Assembly (NCBI GenBank): GCA_040218735.1
Contig: JAVJQW010000048.1
Span: 64,001-128,000 of the forward strand
DNA length: 64,000 nucleotides
Reading direction: 5' to 3'
DNA from: Deltaproteobacteria bacterium
Lineage (GTDB): Bacteria; Myxococcota; Kuafuiibacteriia; Kuafuiibacteriales; Kuafuiibacteriaceae
Both the position numbers and the translations under genes were made by a program. The notes under the pieces are model-generated. The model did no database searches and was not told the origin of the DNA. It saw only the letters and a list, made by a program, of their open reading frames with translations. This document shows, in pieces, positions 62,764-64,000 of this stretch (its first letter is position 1; every line of letters starts with the position of its first letter).

Positions 62764-63221
62764 TACTCGCTGCCGACCTCGTCCGTGAGTGTGTCGTCCT
62801 TCGCGGCGTCGAGCGTCGGCGTGCGCTCGATGTTCAGCGCGAAGCTCTTCACGCCGTTCGCCTTCACGATGTCGATCACGCGCACCACGTTGCCGTACGG
62901 CACGCCCTTGTCGGCGGCGATGACGGCCTGCAGCTTGTCGTTCGCCTTCTTCTGCGTCTGCGTCTCTTTCGCGAGCGCGTCCTCGGTGATCGCGTTGCCG
63001 TCGAGGTAGATCGTGCCGTCCTTCGTGACCACGACGTTCAGCGTGGACTCCACCGCGCTACCGCCGCTGGCGGCCTTCGGCAGGTCCACCTTGAACGACG
63101 CCTTCACGATGTGCGTCGACGTCACCATCAAGATGATGAGGAGCACGAGCACGATGTCGACGAACGGCGTGACGTTGATCGCGGAGATCGCCTCGTCGTC
63201 GTTGTTCGCTGCGCCGGCCAT
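62763..63221 (-). CDS. exbD: Biopolymer transporter ExbD/TolR
   Basis: 'INVTPFVDIVLVLLIILMVT', 'VDLPKA', 'ADKGVPYG'. Confidence 0.93.
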   Translation of the reverse strand: MAGAANNDDEAISAINVTPFVDIVLVLLIILMVTSTHIVKASFKVDLPKAASGGSAVESTLNVVVTKDGTIYLDGNAITEDALAKETQTQKKANDKLQAVIAADKGVPYGNVVRVIDIVKANGVKSFALNIERTPTLDAAKDDTLTDEVGSE

Positions 63222-63225
63222 CCGC

Positions 63226-63876
63226 TCAGCTCCCCGACGCGCCCTCGGCCTTGAGCGAGGACAACAGCGTTCGGCTCAGGAGCTCGCCGTTCGACGCACG
63301 CTCCTTCACCTTCCCGATGAAGTAGTTGTAGGCGATGACCGCCGGGATCGCGACGAGCAGCCCGACCGCGGTCGCGATCAGCGCCTCGGAGATACCGGCC
63401 ATCACCGTGCCCGACGCGTCCGCCATGTTGCCCGCGAGATCGCGGAACGCGCGGATGATGCCGAGCACCGTACCGAACAGTCCGATGAACGGCGCGTTCG
63501 ATCCGACCGTCGCGAGGAAGCTCAGGCGACGCTGGTAGCGCAACCGCTCACGGCTCTCGGCGCCTGCGAGCAGGTCCTGCACCGAGTCCGGGCCCTTTTC
63601 GTACTCACGCAGCCCGAACAGGACCACGTTGGTCTCGAGACTGTCGTACTTCGACAGGAACGCCGCGGCGCCGGCGAAGTCACCGGCGTCGAGCAGGCGG
63701 TTCAGCTCCGTCCGCACCGCGTCGCTGTCGATCGTGTGCTTCGAGTAGAACACGAAGCGTTCGACCATCACCGCGACCGACACGAGCGACATGACGATCA
63801 GCAGCCAGAGCACCCACTCCGCTTCGAAGATCGGAAGACCGACCAGAACTCCAACGATGCCACCTGTCTCACCCAT
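63226..63876 (-). CDS. exbB: MotA/TolQ/ExbB proton channel protein
   Basis: 'LATVGSNAPFIGLFGTVLGI', 'GISEALIATAVGLLVAIPA'; AAGGAG Shine-Dalgarno. Confidence 0.93.
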   Translation of the reverse strand: MGETGGIVGVLVGLPIFEAEWVLWLLIVMSLVSVAVMVERFVFYSKHTIDSDAVRTELNRLLDAGDFAGAAAFLSKYDSLETNVVLFGLREYEKGPDSVQDLLAGAESRERLRYQRRLSFLATVGSNAPFIGLFGTVLGIIRAFRDLAGNMADASGTVMAGISEALIATAVGLLVAIPAVIAYNYFIGKVKERASNGELLSRTLLSSLKAEGASGS

Positions 63877-64000
63877 GACGACGGCGTCTCCTTACTCGAT
63901 CTGGGAACGGGAGGTCGACCTTTCGGTCAATCCACCCTCCGTGCCCGGGTTTTCTCAGTGAAACAGGCGCGCCGCGGCGACGAAGCCGTGACGTGACCGC

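Noticed and set aside
63877-64000. Hairpin (GACC-GAAA-GGTC on the minus strand) upstream of exbB as part of a cobalamin riboswitch
   Set aside because: No recognisable B12-box or other core riboswitch motif in the available sequence, and the region is cut by the window edge.

Overview
High-GC bacterial chromosomal window. The gene style (DAG/DGG linkers, Cys-rich lipoproteins, an ECF/TPR cassette, a TonB-dependent receptor with an N-terminal TonB-C domain, a Ser/Thr kinase-fold protein) points to Myxococcota/Deltaproteobacteria; that assignment is inferred. About 45 CDS can be supported. In order: TonB receptor + PepSY, TetR + TolC/MFP/RND efflux, HAD hydrolase, orphan nuoD-pyrC-methyltransferase, DmeF, two tandem Ig/beta-propeller lipoproteins, rlmE-rplC, gcvH-gcvT-folD, an ECF sigma cassette, a GMC oxidoreductase, a 15-kb envelope-transport locus, a MerR-led damage-response operon, a pseudokinase and an ExbB-ExbD-TonB-TBDR cassette. 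I saw no rRNA, tRNA, CRISPR array or transposase. The best candidate for an undescribed system is 37.7-52.7 kb: a LolA-like protein, an MMPL/RND transporter with a WD40 propeller inserted in its periplasmic loop and an outer-membrane barrel, flanked by two paralogous lipoproteins built from an unrecognised ~250-aa Cys-patterned repeat, with sigma54-type promoters. Other notable items are an rlmE that appears to need a CTG start, rplC outside the S10 operon, and a structured intergenic element flanked by an 11-bp direct repeat. All product calls come from motif recognition by eye, with no database searches.
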